Shown here piece after piece: positions 28,705 to 39,360 of a stretch of DNA of 52,012 nucleotides (position 1 is the stretch's first letter; the number at the start of each line of letters is the position of its first letter). The notes beneath the pieces were generated by a model, which worked only from the letters and a program-made list of their open reading frames with translations, had not been told where the DNA came from and ran no database searches. The DNA is from Deltaproteobacteria bacterium. GTDB taxonomy: Bacteria > Desulfobacterota > Desulfobacteria > Desulfobacterales > JAFDMD01. Location of the stretch: NCBI GenBank assembly GCA_019306185.1, contig JAFDMD010000016.1, forward strand, positions 1 through 52,012, given 5' to 3'. A program made the translations under genes and the position numbers.

Positions 28705-29784
28705 TTATCTCAATTTTAAGGCGCTTATAGATATTAAAGCCAATATTATGGATATTATCCAAAATCTTACTATTATTTTAGGTTCCGATAAGCCTTTTAA
28801 TTCAAAGTGATGATGCAAAGGCGCCATTCTAAAGAATCTTTTACCTTTGCTGATTTTAAAAAATCCTACTTGTATAATAACGGATAAAGCCTCGACAACA
28901 AAAAGCCCGCCTAATATTACAAGCATAAATTCCTGTTTTGTTATTACCGCTATAACTCCTATTAAGGCTCCCAAAGATAAAGACCCCGTATCTCCCATGA
29001 ATATTTGGGCGGGATATGTATTAAACCATAAAAATCCGAGCCCCGCCCCCGCAAGAGCGCCGCAAAAAACGGTTGCTTCGCCGCAGCCCGAAACATAGTT
29101 GATGTGCAGATATTCGGCTATGTTCACATGTCCGGTAACATAAGAAAAAAGCATGAATGTCGCCCCTATAATTATTACCGGTCCTATGGCAAGCCCGTCT
29201 AAACCGTCCGTAAGATTAACGGCGTTAGATGCGCCGACTATTACAAAAGCCGCAAATGGTATGTATAATATGCCCAAATCCGGAGTGAAATTTTTTAAAA
29301 AAGGAAATGTTATTTTAGAGCTAAAATCCGGAGTAAACCATATTAATATGCCGATTAATATTCCGACGAAGGTTTGTAATAAGAATTTGCCTTTTGCGCT
29401 AAGTCCGTTGTTTTTTTTTTTTGCCTGTTTAAAATAATCGTCCGCAAAACCTATTAACCCAAAAGTTACGGCGGTAAATATAAGAATTAAAATATATCTG
29501 TTTGTTAAGTCCGCCCATAAAAGAGTAGAGGTTACTATTGAAAAAAGTATTAAAAGTCCTCCAATAGTAGGGGTTCCGGCTTTTAATTGATGAGACTGAG
29601 GCCCTTCTTCGCGGATGAATTGTTTTATTTGAATCTGTTTTAGTTTTTTTATTCCCCAAGGTCCTAACAAAAAACAGATTAAAAACGCTGTGAGCCCTGC
29701 ATAAATCGTTCTGAATGTAATGTAACGAAATATGTTAAAAAATGAGAATGTCTCATGTAAAGGATATAAAAAAAGATATATCAT
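28705..29784 (-). CDS. mraY: Phospho-N-acetylmuramoyl-pentapeptide transferase
   Basis: Polytopic membrane protein with MraY motifs (GTPTIGG; [13 protein letters not shown]; [10 protein letters not shown]; APLHHHFE). Confidence 0.97.
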   Translation of the reverse strand: MIYLFLYPLHETFSFFNIFRYITFRTIYAGLTAFLICFLLGPWGIKKLKQIQIKQFIREEGPQSHQLKAGTPTIGGLLILFSIVTSTLLWADLTNRYILILIFTAVTFGLIGFADDYFKQAKKKNNGLSAKGKFLLQTFVGILIGILIWFTPDFSSKITFPFLKNFTPDLGILYIPFAAFVIVGASNAVNLTDGLDGLAIGPVIIIGATFMLFSYVTGHVNIAEYLHINYVSGCGEATVFCGALAGAGLGFLWFNTYPAQIFMGDTGSLSLGALIGVIAVITKQEFMLVILGGLFVVEALSVIIQVGFFKISKGKRFFRMAPLHHHFELKGLSEPKIIVRFWIISIILALISISALKLR

Positions 29785-29789
29785 TTTAT

Positions 29790-31175
29790 TTAATTCCGAA
29801 TTTTTTTAATTAATTGTTCCATAAAACTTCCTCTTGAGCCTTTTACCAAAATTGTATCTTTCGGTTTTAAAACATTATTTAAAATTATGGCTATTTGCTC
29901 TTTGTCGCCCGTAACTATTTTTTTTTTGTCAAAACCGGAATTTATCGCCCCTTTTTTAACGTCAAGGCTAAAATTTCCGGTTATAAAAAGCCCTGATATG
30001 CCTGACTGCGCCGCTATTTTTCCTATTTCAAAATGTAGTCTTTCGGAATGCTCGCCCAGTTCTAACATGTCGCCGAGCGCTGCAAATTTTCTTCCTTTTA
30101 TATCCGAAAGAAGCCTAAAAGCGGCTTTTGTCGAATCGGGGTTTGCATTATAAGCATCGTTTATTATAGTAATTTTTTTTTCGGTTGTTATAAAATCGAT
30201 TCTATTTTTAGGCAGTATAAAGCTTTCCAAGCCTTTTTTTATATCCTCGACGGATAGCCCAGCTATATATCCTACGGAAGCCGCCGCAAGCGCGTTATGT
30301 ATCATAAAAAAAGCGCTTGTCGGAAGTTCTATATCCGCCCGCCCGTCCGGCGTTATCAGCTTGAAAAATATTTTGTCCTTTTTTTTTTCAGGACTATCCG
30401 CCGTTATATCGTATTTTTTTTCTTTGTTAAGATAACCGAAAATAACGGCTCTACTCTGATAATCTTTTATTGCGTTTATAAGCATAGGATCGTCTCCGTT
30501 TAAAACCGCCGCTCCTTTGTCGGGTATCTGTTGCAAAAGCTCCGTTTTTGCTTTCATAACCCCTTTTATGGAGCCGAGCCCTTCAAGATGAGCATTCCCT
30601 ATGTTTAATATAACTCCTATATCCGGAGCGCATATTCGGCATAGCCGCGTCATTTCGCCATGATGATTTATGCCGAGTTCCAAAACCGCCCATTTATTTT
30701 CCGGCGCAATTTCAAACAAGGTTAAAGGCAGCCCTATTTCGTTATTATAATTTTTTTTTGTGGAATGAGTTGAAAATTTCCGTTTTAAAACGGAAGCCGT
30801 CATTTCCCGCGTAGTCGTTTTGCCGTTTGAGCCTGTAATTGCCGCAACCGATATGTTCGATTTATCTCTTATGAATCGAGCGAGATCGCCGAGCGCTTTT
30901 GTTGTATTTTTTACGCTTATAACAACCGTTTTTTCTATCAAAGACCTAACTTTTTCGGCATGCTCTCGGTCTATAATAAAGCCGCCGGCTCCGGCGTTTA
31001 AAGCCTGTTTTATAAAGTTATGCCCGTTATGATTTTCTCCTATAACGGCTATAAAAAGGTCACTATTCAAAACCGTTCTGGAATCTATACTAATTCTAAT
31101 AAAACGGCGCTTTTCTTGTTTAGAAAGCAAAGCGCCGTTTGTAGCTTTTAATATGTCTTTAATTGATAGTTTCAT
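29790..31175 (-). CDS. murF: UDP-N-acetylmuramoyl-tripeptide--D-alanyl-D-alanine ligase
   Basis: Mur ligase P-loop [13 protein letters not shown] plus the [10 protein letters not shown] motif. dcw position. Confidence 0.95.
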   Translation of the reverse strand: MKLSIKDILKATNGALLSKQEKRRFIRISIDSRTVLNSDLFIAVIGENHNGHNFIKQALNAGAGGFIIDREHAEKVRSLIEKTVVISVKNTTKALGDLARFIRDKSNISVAAITGSNGKTTTREMTASVLKRKFSTHSTKKNYNNEIGLPLTLFEIAPENKWAVLELGINHHGEMTRLCRICAPDIGVILNIGNAHLEGLGSIKGVMKAKTELLQQIPDKGAAVLNGDDPMLINAIKDYQSRAVIFGYLNKEKKYDITADSPEKKKDKIFFKLITPDGRADIELPTSAFFMIHNALAAASVGYIAGLSVEDIKKGLESFILPKNRIDFITTEKKITIINDAYNANPDSTKAAFRLLSDIKGRKFAALGDMLELGEHSERLHFEIGKIAAQSGISGLFITGNFSLDVKKGAINSGFDKKKIVTGDKEQIAIILNNVLKPKDTILVKGSRGSFMEQLIKKIRN

Positions 31176-32665
31176 AAGCTTACAATCTGTTCCGCTATTT
31201 TCCTATCGTCAAAATCAAGTTTTTTATCCTTTATTATCTGATAGGTTTCATGCCCTTTTCCTGCTATAATTAATATATCTTCACCTGTTAAGGCTTTGAT
31301 GCCGACTTCTATTCCTTTTTTTCTGTCCGGCTCTATTATAAAATTATCGGTTTCGGTTTTAACCCCTTTTATTATCTGTTCTATAATTTCATTCGGGTCT
31401 TCGCTTCTCGGATTATCGGATGTTATTATGCAAAGATCGGATAGTTTTCCGGCTATTTTTCCCATTATGCTTCGTTTTGTTTTATCTCTGTCTCCTCCGC
31501 ATCCGAAAACCGTTATTATTTTTTTCGGTTTTAATTCTTTTAAGGCTAAAAGAACATTTTCAAGCGCGTCCGGAGTATGAGCGTAATCTACAAATATATA
31601 TTTTTTTGCCTTATTAAAAACTTTTTCAAGTCTGCCGGGTATATTTTTACTATTTTCTATTCCCTGAATTATATCTTCGCCGGATATTCCGGCGGCTATG
31701 CCGGCTCCCGCAGCGCATAGTATATTTTGAAGGTTATGTTTCCCTATTAACGGGGAGTTTAATTCAAATCTTTTTCCGGCAATTTTTAAAACCGCTTTGA
31801 TTCCCGTAATTTTGTATTCTACGGATTCGGCGCCGATAAAGTTATCTCCGCCGCTTCCTACGGAGATTTTTTTTGTAACAACGGTTTGGTAAAGCTGTTT
31901 TCCGTATTGATTATCCATGTTTATAACGGATACAACCTTGTCTTTTTTACATCCTTTTATGATATGGTTTGTAAAAAGGCTTTTTTTACAATTCCAATAG
32001 GTCTCCATATCCTTATGATAATCAAGATGATCTTGGGTTAAGTTTGTAAAAACAACAGCATCAAATAAACAGTCTTCAATTCTGAAAAAGTCTATTGCAT
32101 GAGAAGTTACCTCCATAACCGCATGGGTTACTCTGTTTTTTTTCATTTCAAAAAAGGCTTTTTGCAGATGACAAGCTTCCGGCGTGGTAAGCGAATTTGC
32201 AACTTCGGCTCCTGCATATCTGGTATTTACAGTTCCTATTACTCCGGTATTTTTACCCGCCGTATTTAATATGTTTTCTATAAGGTATGTAACTGTGGTT
32301 TTTCCGTTTGTGCCTGTTACGCCGATTAAAAAAAGATGCTCGGAAGGATTATTAAAAAAGGAAGCGGAGACGCCGGAAAGAATTTTTCTGGAATTTTTTA
32401 CTACTATTACCGGAACATTGCAGTTTTTTACTTTTTTTTCGGATATTATTGCTTTTGCTCCTTTTTTCATGGCTTCTTTAATATAGTTATGTCCGTCCGC
32501 ATTAAAACCTTTTATGGCTATAAATAGTCCGCCTTCTTTTACGTTTTTTGAGTTTGAATGGATTGATTTTATTTCATAATCATTCTCACGGACTTCGTAT
32601 TTGTTCGGATAGAGCTTATCTATAATGTCCGATTCAAATTTTTTTATAAACGCTGATAGTTTCAT
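31172..32665 (-). CDS. murE: UDP-N-acetylmuramoyl-L-alanyl-D-glutamate--2,6-diaminopimelate ligase
   Basis: P-loop VTGTNGKTTVTYL and the DNPR motif (TSDNPRSEDP) typical of meso-DAP-adding MurE. Confidence 0.95.
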   Translation of the reverse strand: MKLSAFIKKFESDIIDKLYPNKYEVRENDYEIKSIHSNSKNVKEGGLFIAIKGFNADGHNYIKEAMKKGAKAIISEKKVKNCNVPVIVVKNSRKILSGVSASFFNNPSEHLFLIGVTGTNGKTTVTYLIENILNTAGKNTGVIGTVNTRYAGAEVANSLTTPEACHLQKAFFEMKKNRVTHAVMEVTSHAIDFFRIEDCLFDAVVFTNLTQDHLDYHKDMETYWNCKKSLFTNHIIKGCKKDKVVSVINMDNQYGKQLYQTVVTKKISVGSGGDNFIGAESVEYKITGIKAVLKIAGKRFELNSPLIGKHNLQNILCAAGAGIAAGISGEDIIQGIENSKNIPGRLEKVFNKAKKYIFVDYAHTPDALENVLLALKELKPKKIITVFGCGGDRDKTKRSIMGKIAGKLSDLCIITSDNPRSEDPNEIIEQIIKGVKTETDNFIIEPDRKKGIEVGIKALTGEDILIIAGKGHETYQIIKDKKLDFDDRKIAEQIVSL

Positions 32666-34404
32666 TATAGAGACTCCTTATTAATAGATGTTATAAAGTT
32701 TTGTATATTTTTTTTAGACGGAACTTTAAGATAATCCAAAGCTTCGCGAACTATGCGGCCGAAAGCCGGCGACGCCACCACCCCGCCGTAATATTTATTT
32801 GTAGGCTCGTCTAATGAAATAAGTATAGTAAGCTTGGGATCCTCCGCTGGAGCAAAGCCGAGAAAGGAGGAGACATATTTTCCTTTTTCGTATCCGAATT
32901 CCGACACCTTTTGAGCCGTTCCGGTTTTTCCTGATACGTTATACATGTCGCTGCTTGCATTGACCCCTGTGCCGCCTTCTTGAGTCGCCCTGTTAAGCAG
33001 GTTTCGGACTATTGCGGCGGTCTCTTGCGATATGGCGCGTTTTACCTGTTGAGGTTGCGTCTTTTTTATAATTTCTCCGTTTTTTCCTATTATGGAATTT
33101 ACTATATAAGGTTTCATAAGCGCCCCGCCGTTTGCTATGGCTGATGCCGCGGCTACAAGCTGTATCGCCGTAACCGATATGCCCTGCCCGAAAGCTATTG
33201 TAGCGGCGTCTATATCCGCCCATCTTCTAAAAGGATTTAATACTCCGGCGGCTTCTCCTGGATAGTCTATGTCGGTTTTTTCTCCGAATCCGAAATTTGC
33301 CAGCGCATTATAAAGCGTCTCTTTTCCTATTATTTCGCTTATTTTTGCGGCGCCTATATTGCTAGAAAATTTAATTATATCGGCTACCGTAAGATCTTCG
33401 TATTTATGAACGTCATGGATTACATGCTTGCCTATTCTGTATCTGCCGTTTTCGCAAAATAATACGGTATCCCGGGTGCAAAGTCCGGATTCTATCGCGG
33501 CGGAAACAAGAAACATCTTCATTATGGAGCCGGGTTCAAAGGCGTCTGTTACCGCTCTGTTGCGCCAAATATTTTTCGGAAATTTTCTATAAATATTCGG
33601 GTTGAAAAAAGGATAATTTGCAATGGCGAGTATAGCTCCGGTTTTGGCGTCCGCAACCACCGCAATTCCGGATTTTGCCTTATGTTTATCCGCAACCTCC
33701 TTTAAAGCCCTTTCCGCGATAAATTGTATTGTGTTATCTATGGTAAGAATAATATCGTTTCCGGCGTTTTGGTATTGAAAATTCTCCTTATCGTTAAAAT
33801 CAAACCATTGTCTTTTGCCGTCTTTTTTGCCTGTTACCTTTTTTTTTTCCCCTTTAAGATAATCATGATAATAAACCTCGATTCCTTCCAACCCTTTGCC
33901 GTTTAAGCCTGCCAGCCCTATAATTTGCCCCGCTAGAGTTTTATTGGGGTAAAATCTTGTATGTTCCGGCAAAAAATTTATACCTGCAATATCCATTTTT
34001 TTTATATCGCTTGCTTGTCTATGACTTGCTTGTCTTTTAATCCATACGAATTTATTTGCCGAATTTAATTTTTTTAACAACTTTCTATGGTTTATATTTA
34101 AGACCTTCCCTATTTTTTTGGACGCTTTTTTTTTATTTTTTATTTTATACGGATTCGCGCTTATCGAAACTTCGTCTGTGGTTGCCGCTAATTCTATGCC
34201 GCTTTTATCATATATGGTTCCGCGTTTTCCTATTACCGTAACGCAGCTTTTATATTCTCTTGCGGCTCTTTCGGACAATTCCGTATGTTTATACGCCTGA
34301 AGCCATACGGCGCGTGCCGTTATCGCCGTAAACATCAATCCGAAAAGAACGCCGACAACAATAATTCTTAAGGAAATATATTTTTTTTTCTTCTCTTTTA
34401 TCAT
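32665..34404 (-). CDS. ftsI: Peptidoglycan D,D-transpeptidase FtsI (class B PBP)
   Basis: N-terminal TM anchor and the transpeptidase motifs SIMK, SSN and KTGT. Position between ftsL and murE. Confidence 0.94.
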   Translation of the reverse strand: MIKEKKKKYISLRIIVVGVLFGLMFTAITARAVWLQAYKHTELSERAAREYKSCVTVIGKRGTIYDKSGIELAATTDEVSISANPYKIKNKKKASKKIGKVLNINHRKLLKKLNSANKFVWIKRQASHRQASDIKKMDIAGINFLPEHTRFYPNKTLAGQIIGLAGLNGKGLEGIEVYYHDYLKGEKKKVTGKKDGKRQWFDFNDKENFQYQNAGNDIILTIDNTIQFIAERALKEVADKHKAKSGIAVVADAKTGAILAIANYPFFNPNIYRKFPKNIWRNRAVTDAFEPGSIMKMFLVSAAIESGLCTRDTVLFCENGRYRIGKHVIHDVHKYEDLTVADIIKFSSNIGAAKISEIIGKETLYNALANFGFGEKTDIDYPGEAAGVLNPFRRWADIDAATIAFGQGISVTAIQLVAAASAIANGGALMKPYIVNSIIGKNGEIIKKTQPQQVKRAISQETAAIVRNLLNRATQEGGTGVNASSDMYNVSGKTGTAQKVSEFGYEKGKYVSSFLGFAPAEDPKLTILISLDEPTNKYYGGVVASPAFGRIVREALDYLKVPSKKNIQNFITSINKESL

Positions 34405-34473
34405 AATAATTATATTAATAAATCTATTCGGTTTGCATCCGGTCCGCCCTTAAGGACGAGCGGCAAAAATATT

Positions 34474-34788
34474 TTACGGCATTCTTGTAATCTGTTCCTG
34501 TTTCGGCATTATCAGTCCGAGACTATTCGCGATTGAAGCTATTCTTTCCGGAGACTTTAAGCTTGCCAATTCCACCTTTAATTTTCTTTCCTTCTCTTTA
34601 ATAATTTTATTTTTAGAAATTTGTTCCGAAATGTCATATCCTATCTTTCTTATTTCGGTTCTGCATAAAACCAACAAAAAAGCTTCTATTATAAAAAGCG
34701 TTAAAAATACGCTCCATATTATCGTTAAATTATTTCTTTCGGCCGACACTTTTCTATTTGAATTTTTCATTTTAAATTTTTTCCGCAA
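34474..34788 (-). CDS. ftsL: Cell division protein FtsL
   Basis: 104-aa bitopic protein (TM IIWSVFLTLFIIEAFLLVL, then a coiled-coil region) in the conserved position between rsmH and ftsI. Confidence 0.8.
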   Translation of the reverse strand: MRKKFKMKNSNRKVSAERNNLTIIWSVFLTLFIIEAFLLVLCRTEIRKIGYDISEQISKNKIIKEKERKLKVELASLKSPERIASIANSLGLIMPKQEQITRMP

Positions 34789-35710
34789 CTCTTAATTTTG
34801 CGCTTCTTGCCTTACGGTTAAGTCTTACCTCTTCGTCGCTTGGAATAATCGCTTTTTTTGTAATTATTTTTATTTTAGGTTTTTTGCCGCATACGCATTT
34901 TACAAAATCTGCGGGGCATATGCACCCTTTTGCCATAGCTTTTATTTTATGTTTAACGATTCTATCTTCCAAAGAATGAAAAGAAATTATGCAAATACGC
35001 CCCTTGGAAGCCAAAGAATCCACTCCGTCTTCAATAAATTTTTCTAATATTCCCAACTCGTTATTTACGGCTATCCTAAGAGCCATAAAAACTTTGGTTG
35101 CCGGATGTATTTTATATCTACCTTTTTTTTTTCTATAAGCCGCTTTTTCCACAATTTTGGCGAGACGAACGCTAGAAGTTATTTTTTCTTTTTTTCTTTC
35201 TTCTATTATTCTTTTTGCAATAAATCGGGCTCTTGGTTCCTCGCCGTAATCTTTAAAAATAGAAATAAGCTTTTTTTCTTCAAAGGCGTTGATAATTTTT
35301 TCTGCGGTTAAAAAGGTTTTCGGGTTCATACGCATATCAAGAGGCTCCTCTTTTTGAAAACTAAAACCTCTGCCGCCGTATTCTATCTGGTTAAAAGATA
35401 TGCCTAAGTCTGCAATTATTCCATCCGCCTTGTCAACGCCCGCCTCTGATAAAATAGAAGGCAAATTTTTAAAATTATCATAAAAAATTTTTATATTATC
35501 CTTATAATCGGACAAAGCGTTATAAGCGTTTTTTATAGCGTCCGGATCCTGATCGATCCCTATTAACAAGCCCTTTGAAATAATTTTTTCACAGATTAAT
35601 TTTGAATGTCCCGCTCCCCCTATAGTGCAATCTGCGATTATCTTGCCGTTTGTGCAATTAAGATAATTAATAACTTCTTTTGGCATTACGCTTGTATGCT
35701 CATAGCTCAT
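34772..35710 (-). CDS. rsmH: 16S rRNA (cytosine1402-N4)-methyltransferase
   Basis: HTSVMPKEV...DCTIGGAGHS SAM-binding N-terminus and the ISFHSLEDRIVK motif. Confidence 0.96.
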   Translation of the reverse strand: MSYEHTSVMPKEVINYLNCTNGKIIADCTIGGAGHSKLICEKIISKGLLIGIDQDPDAIKNAYNALSDYKDNIKIFYDNFKNLPSILSEAGVDKADGIIADLGISFNQIEYGGRGFSFQKEEPLDMRMNPKTFLTAEKIINAFEEKKLISIFKDYGEEPRARFIAKRIIEERKKEKITSSVRLAKIVEKAAYRKKKGRYKIHPATKVFMALRIAVNNELGILEKFIEDGVDSLASKGRICIISFHSLEDRIVKHKIKAMAKGCICPADFVKCVCGKKPKIKIITKKAIIPSDEEVRLNRKARSAKLRVAEKI

Positions 35711-35719
35711 TTTTTATGC

Positions 35720-36163
35720 TTATAATCCTAATTTTGCTATTTCGTTTCTAACCTCTTCGTTTACCATTTCTTTTTCCATAACCTTATTTTCATTATCCCA
35801 ATTTTCAAAAGATCTGATTTCAAAATGAGTAAGAACGCCTATAAGAACGATCTCTTTTACAAGTCCGGCATATTCCCGTAGCATAGGAGGGATAAGGATT
35901 CTAGACTGTTTATCGCATATGCATTCAAAGGCTCCGCCTATAAAAACTCGTCTGAACCGTCTCATACTTTCGCTTTTTTCAGCCATAAACATAATTTTGG
36001 CTTCAATTTTATTCCATTCGTCAAAAGTATAAGCCACAAGTCCTTTATCTAATTTGGAAACCATAACCCCGTTTCCGGAATCGGAAATCTGTTCCCGAAA
36101 CCGAGACGGAATTATTATTCTTCCCTTAGGGTCTATAGTATGGTTTGAAGTTCCTCTGAACAT
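35720..36163 (-). CDS. mraZ: Transcriptional regulator MraZ
   Basis: MFRGTSNHTIDPKGRIIIPSRFR with duplicated SpoVT/AbrB-like halves (DKQSRILIPPMLREYA). First gene of the dcw cluster. Confidence 0.96.
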   Translation of the reverse strand: MFRGTSNHTIDPKGRIIIPSRFREQISDSGNGVMVSKLDKGLVAYTFDEWNKIEAKIMFMAEKSESMRRFRRVFIGGAFECICDKQSRILIPPMLREYAGLVKEIVLIGVLTHFEIRSFENWDNENKVMEKEMVNEEVRNEIAKLGL

Positions 36164-36193
36164 AAGCCTGCTTTAAATGTTTGATTTATAAAT

Positions 36194-36212
36194 ATCCACT
36201 ATACTCCACTTT
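36194..36212 (-). promoter_or_regulatory. Candidate MraZ operator: two direct GTGGA boxes at a 10-nt period
   Basis: The minus strand reads AAAGTGGAGTATAGTGGATATT, 31-50 nt upstream of the mraZ ATG. Described MraZ operators are direct (A)GTGG/TGGG repeats at a ~10-nt period. Only two boxes are seen here. Confidence 0.35.
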
Positions 36213-36555
36213 GATGTAAAAATACATTTTAAGGTAATAGTCAAGCAAAAAGTTAATATAACGTCTTATATCATTTCGTATAACGGATAAACTTTATTTT
36301 TAATTTCAATATGTTAAATTGTCGAAAAAAAAGATAAATTTCTCCTTCTTTAAAAAACGGAATCTTGTTTTTTGCTTCCTTATATTATTTTTTGCTAATA
36401 TATAATTTTTTTCCAAAAACCGAACATTATTAAATTAAAGGCGTTTAAAATTTTTCTTGCTCAATTTAAGATTTTTTGCGAATTATAAAAGATTATATTT
36501 ACAGACAAACAAAATTCGCAAAAAAATTTAATTTATAAATTTAAGGAGGTTGTCA

Positions 36556-37206
36556 ATGGATAAAAAAGCCGCTTATTTACTTTCCGCGGGCGCAGTAATT
36601 ATTTTGTTTCTTTTTATATCTTTAATTTCTCATCACAAGGGCTCGGAAACTCAAGAAAACCGGCTTGTCAAAACCGAGTTGGAGTCTCCCGAAGAGGTAA
36701 AAGGGGTTTTTAAAAATATATATACTGCAAAAAAAGAGGATGAACATGAAGCCGAAGAAACTCATGAAAGCGAAGATATAGAAGAAGAGACTATTGAAGC
36801 CGAAGGAACTCATGAAGGCGAAGCGCCCGTAGAAGAGGAAACGCAAGAGGGTATTATGAAAATGGAAGAGCCGAGCTATAAGCATAAAAAGCCTATAGTC
36901 GTATTTACCCATTTAACTCATATAGAAAAATACCAAATTACATGCGGCAGCTGCCATCATGACGACACAGGCGCGCCTTTGGATAATATTACTCTTGAAG
37001 CCGAAGTTGACAAGTGCATCGCGTGCCATAATAAGCCCGGAGTAAAACCAAAAGGAAAAGACGCTCCGAAATTAACTCCTGCGGAAGAGCTTGAGTATCA
37101 CGCTGAAGCGCTTCATCAAAATTGCATAAAATGTCATAAAGAATCTAACAAAAAAACCGGAACAAAAGCGGCGCCTACAAGCTGTAGCAAATGCCATGCA
37201 AAATAA
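36556..37206 (+). CDS. Membrane-anchored tetraheme cytochrome c (class III / c3-like)
   Basis: Four CxxCH motifs (CGSCHH, CIACHN, CIKCHK, CSKCHA) in the C-terminal ~100 aa, an N-terminal hydrophobic anchor and an acidic Glu/His-rich linker. The ATG at 36556 lies 6 nt after AAGGAGG. The ORF-track TTG start at 36550 is unlikely. Confidence 0.85.
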   Translation: MDKKAAYLLSAGAVIILFLFISLISHHKGSETQENRLVKTELESPEEVKGVFKNIYTAKKEDEHEAEETHESEDIEEETIEAEGTHEGEAPVEEETQEGIMKMEEPSYKHKKPIVVFTHLTHIEKYQITCGSCHHDDTGAPLDNITLEAEVDKCIACHNKPGVKPKGKDAPKLTPAEELEYHAEALHQNCIKCHKESNKKTGTKAAPTSCSKCHAK

Positions 37207-37378
37207 TAAAAATTTTATAAAAAATTTGGCATGCCCGCAATGCAAAGGGCAGCTTTATACAGAAGATAAAAAAAACGGGTTGGTCTGCAAAAAATGCCTT
37301 CTTTTATATCCCATAAGAGAAGGCATTCCGATAATGCTTAAAGAGCAAGCTTTAACTATAGAGGCGATAAAAAAATAA
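37196..37378 (+). CDS. Trm112/YcaR-family small zinc-ribbon protein (UPF0434)
   Basis: 60 aa with CPQCKG...LVCKKCLLLYPIREGIPIMLKEQA, the canonical family pattern. Overlaps the cytochrome gene stop. Confidence 0.8.
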   Translation: MQNNKNFIKNLACPQCKGQLYTEDKKNGLVCKKCLLLYPIREGIPIMLKEQALTIEAIKK

Positions 37379-37585
37379 CTATCGTCCGTTTATTCCGTTC
37401 TATATCAAAAGCAAATGCGGATTTTAAAAAAATAATTTAATTTTGACGGATAACAAACTATAAAGTTATACGTTAAAATTTAAACGGAGAAAAATTAACG
37501 GCTAAAAAAATTTAGCCGCGAAAAAATAAACTTATTGCAAAAATAATTATAATTCGGCTGCATAACAAAGGAAACGCTTTATATA

Positions 37586-38518
37586 ATGATAGGGAAAAGT
37601 TTTTTACAACGACTTAAACAAGGATTATCTAAAACAAGCAAAAATCTTTCCGGCGGCATTGAAAAAATTTTTGCAGACAAAAAAAAAATAGACGACGAAT
37701 TTATAGAGGAATTGGAAGAAACCCTTATTGCCGCGGATATAGGATTTAAAACCGGCTCCGAATTAATTCAAAAAGCTTTGAAAAATTCTAAAGCAAAAGA
37801 TGCGGAAAGCTTTAAAAAAGCGCTTGCCAACGAAATGTCGGTTCTTTTCAACTCCCTTAAAAAATATGAAAAAAATCAAACCCAAGCGAAGCCGAGAGTA
37901 ATAATGACGGTCGGAGTAAACGGAGTGGGAAAAACTACCACCGTAGGCAAGCTTGCATATAAATATTTTAAACAAGATAAAAAAACCCTTATTGCAGCGG
38001 CAGACACTTTTAGAGCGGCGGCAATCGAACAGCTTAGCGTATGGGCAAAAAGAGCCGATGCAAAAATAGTAAAGCATCATCATAATTCGGATCCGTCCGC
38101 CGTTGTATATGACAGCGTTAAGGCGGCAATAGCAAGAAACAAAGATGTAGTTATAATCGATACTGCGGGAAGACTTCATACTCAAAAAAATCTTATGGAA
38201 GAACTAAAAAAGATAAGGCGAACCGCAGAAAAAGTTTTGCCCGGAGCGCCTCACGAAATATTGCTTGTATTAGACGCCACTACCGGACAGAATGCTTTAA
38301 ATCAGGCAAAAGCATTTAACGAAGCCTTAAACGTAACCTCTTTGGCTTTAACAAAATTAGACGGCACTGCAAAAGGCGGAATAGTTTTAAGTATAGCCGA
38401 CGATGTAAAGGTTCCTTTAAAGTATATAGGCATAGGGGAACAAATGGAAGATTTACAGGAATTTGACGCCGAAAATTTTGTGTCCTCTCTGCTTGAAATC
38501 GAAGATAATAAGGAATAA
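37586..38518 (+). CDS. ftsY: Signal recognition particle receptor FtsY
   Basis: SRP-GTPase NG domain motifs: GVNGVGKTTTVGKLA, DTAGRL, TKLDGTAKGG. Confidence 0.96.
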   Translation: MIGKSFLQRLKQGLSKTSKNLSGGIEKIFADKKKIDDEFIEELEETLIAADIGFKTGSELIQKALKNSKAKDAESFKKALANEMSVLFNSLKKYEKNQTQAKPRVIMTVGVNGVGKTTTVGKLAYKYFKQDKKTLIAAADTFRAAAIEQLSVWAKRADAKIVKHHHNSDPSAVVYDSVKAAIARNKDVVIIDTAGRLHTQKNLMEELKKIRRTAEKVLPGAPHEILLVLDATTGQNALNQAKAFNEALNVTSLALTKLDGTAKGGIVLSIADDVKVPLKYIGIGEQMEDLQEFDAENFVSSLLEIEDNKE

Positions 38519-38568
38519 TATTTGACATAAAACAGCTTATAACATATACGAAAAACTCTTTTCATAAT

Positions 38569-38645
38569 GCGCCCGTAGCTCAGCTGGATAGAGTAACGGA
38601 CTACGAATCCGCAGGTCGCAGGTTCGAATCCTGCCGGGCGCGCCA
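38569..38645 (+). tRNA. tRNA-Arg (anticodon ACG), CCA encoded
   Basis: 77-nt cloverleaf: acceptor GCGCCCG/CGGGCGC, D stem GCTC/GAGT, anticodon loop CTACGAA (ACG), T stem GCAGG/CCTGC with TTCGAAT loop, 3' GCCA. Confidence 0.93.
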
Positions 38646-38748
38646 ACCAAAGCCTGCTTTATTTTATGCCCGCGATTTCGAGTGAAGTCCAATTTATAAT
38701 GATTTTTTTTTTGAACAAATAGATTGTTTGGGTTTGCTTAAATTTTAA

Positions 38749-39360
38749 TCAAATTCTATTTTCCTTGCCTTTTATAATGCGCCCTATATTTTTTCTATGC
38801 GCAAAGAGTATTAATAAAGCGATAAATATTGCAAAACATATAGCGTTTTTTGGAATATCCGTATAGAAGCTCATTACAAAAAGAATAAAAGGCGTTAAGC
38901 ATGTTGAGATAAGCGAGCCTAACGAGGAGATTTTTGTAATTATAATAACAGATACAAATATTATAAGAGATATTGCCGCCGCAATGGGCGTCATTACAAA
39001 AAATACGCCTGCCGCGGCAGCTACGCCTTTACCCCCTTTAAATTTTAAAAATATGGAAAATATATGACCCAGCACAGCCGCTCCGCCGGCAATAAAAGAT
39101 ACGGTTTCATTCTCGAATAAATGTATATCATAAGATATACGCGCAATCCATATGGCTGAAGCGGCGCCTTTAAATAGATCAAAAAATGCCGTAAAAGCGC
39201 CGGCGGAGCGCCCTACCGTTCTGTAAACATTGGCGGCTCCGGGGTTTCCGCTTCCGTATTCTCTTATATCGGTATTTGCAAATATTTTAGAAATTATTAC
39301 GCTTGCAGGTATTGAGCCGACTATATAAGATAAAATTATTACGCTTAATAAATTGGTCAA
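38749..39360 (-). CDS. plsY: Glycerol-3-phosphate acyltransferase PlsY
   Basis: Polytopic membrane protein with the PlsY motifs GSGNPGAANV and KGGKGVA. I favour the TTG start at 39360, which overlaps the aroC TGA. The ORF-track ATG at 39420 would overlap aroC by 64 nt. Confidence 0.88.
   Translation of the reverse strand: MTNLLSVIILSYIVGSIPASVIISKIFANTDIREYGSGNPGAANVYRTVGRSAGAFTAFFDLFKGAASAIWIARISYDIHLFENETVSFIAGGAAVLGHIFSIFLKFKGGKGVAAAAGVFFVMTPIAAAISLIIFVSVIIITKISSLGSLISTCLTPFILFVMSFYTDIPKNAICFAIFIALLILFAHRKNIGRIIKGKENRI

Noticed and set aside
38302-38646. 114-aa minus-strand ORF beginning MARPAGFEPATCGF
   Set aside because: Its N-terminus is the antisense translation of the tRNA-Arg(ACG) gene, and the rest is antisense to ftsY. 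This is a classic tRNA-shadow artefact.
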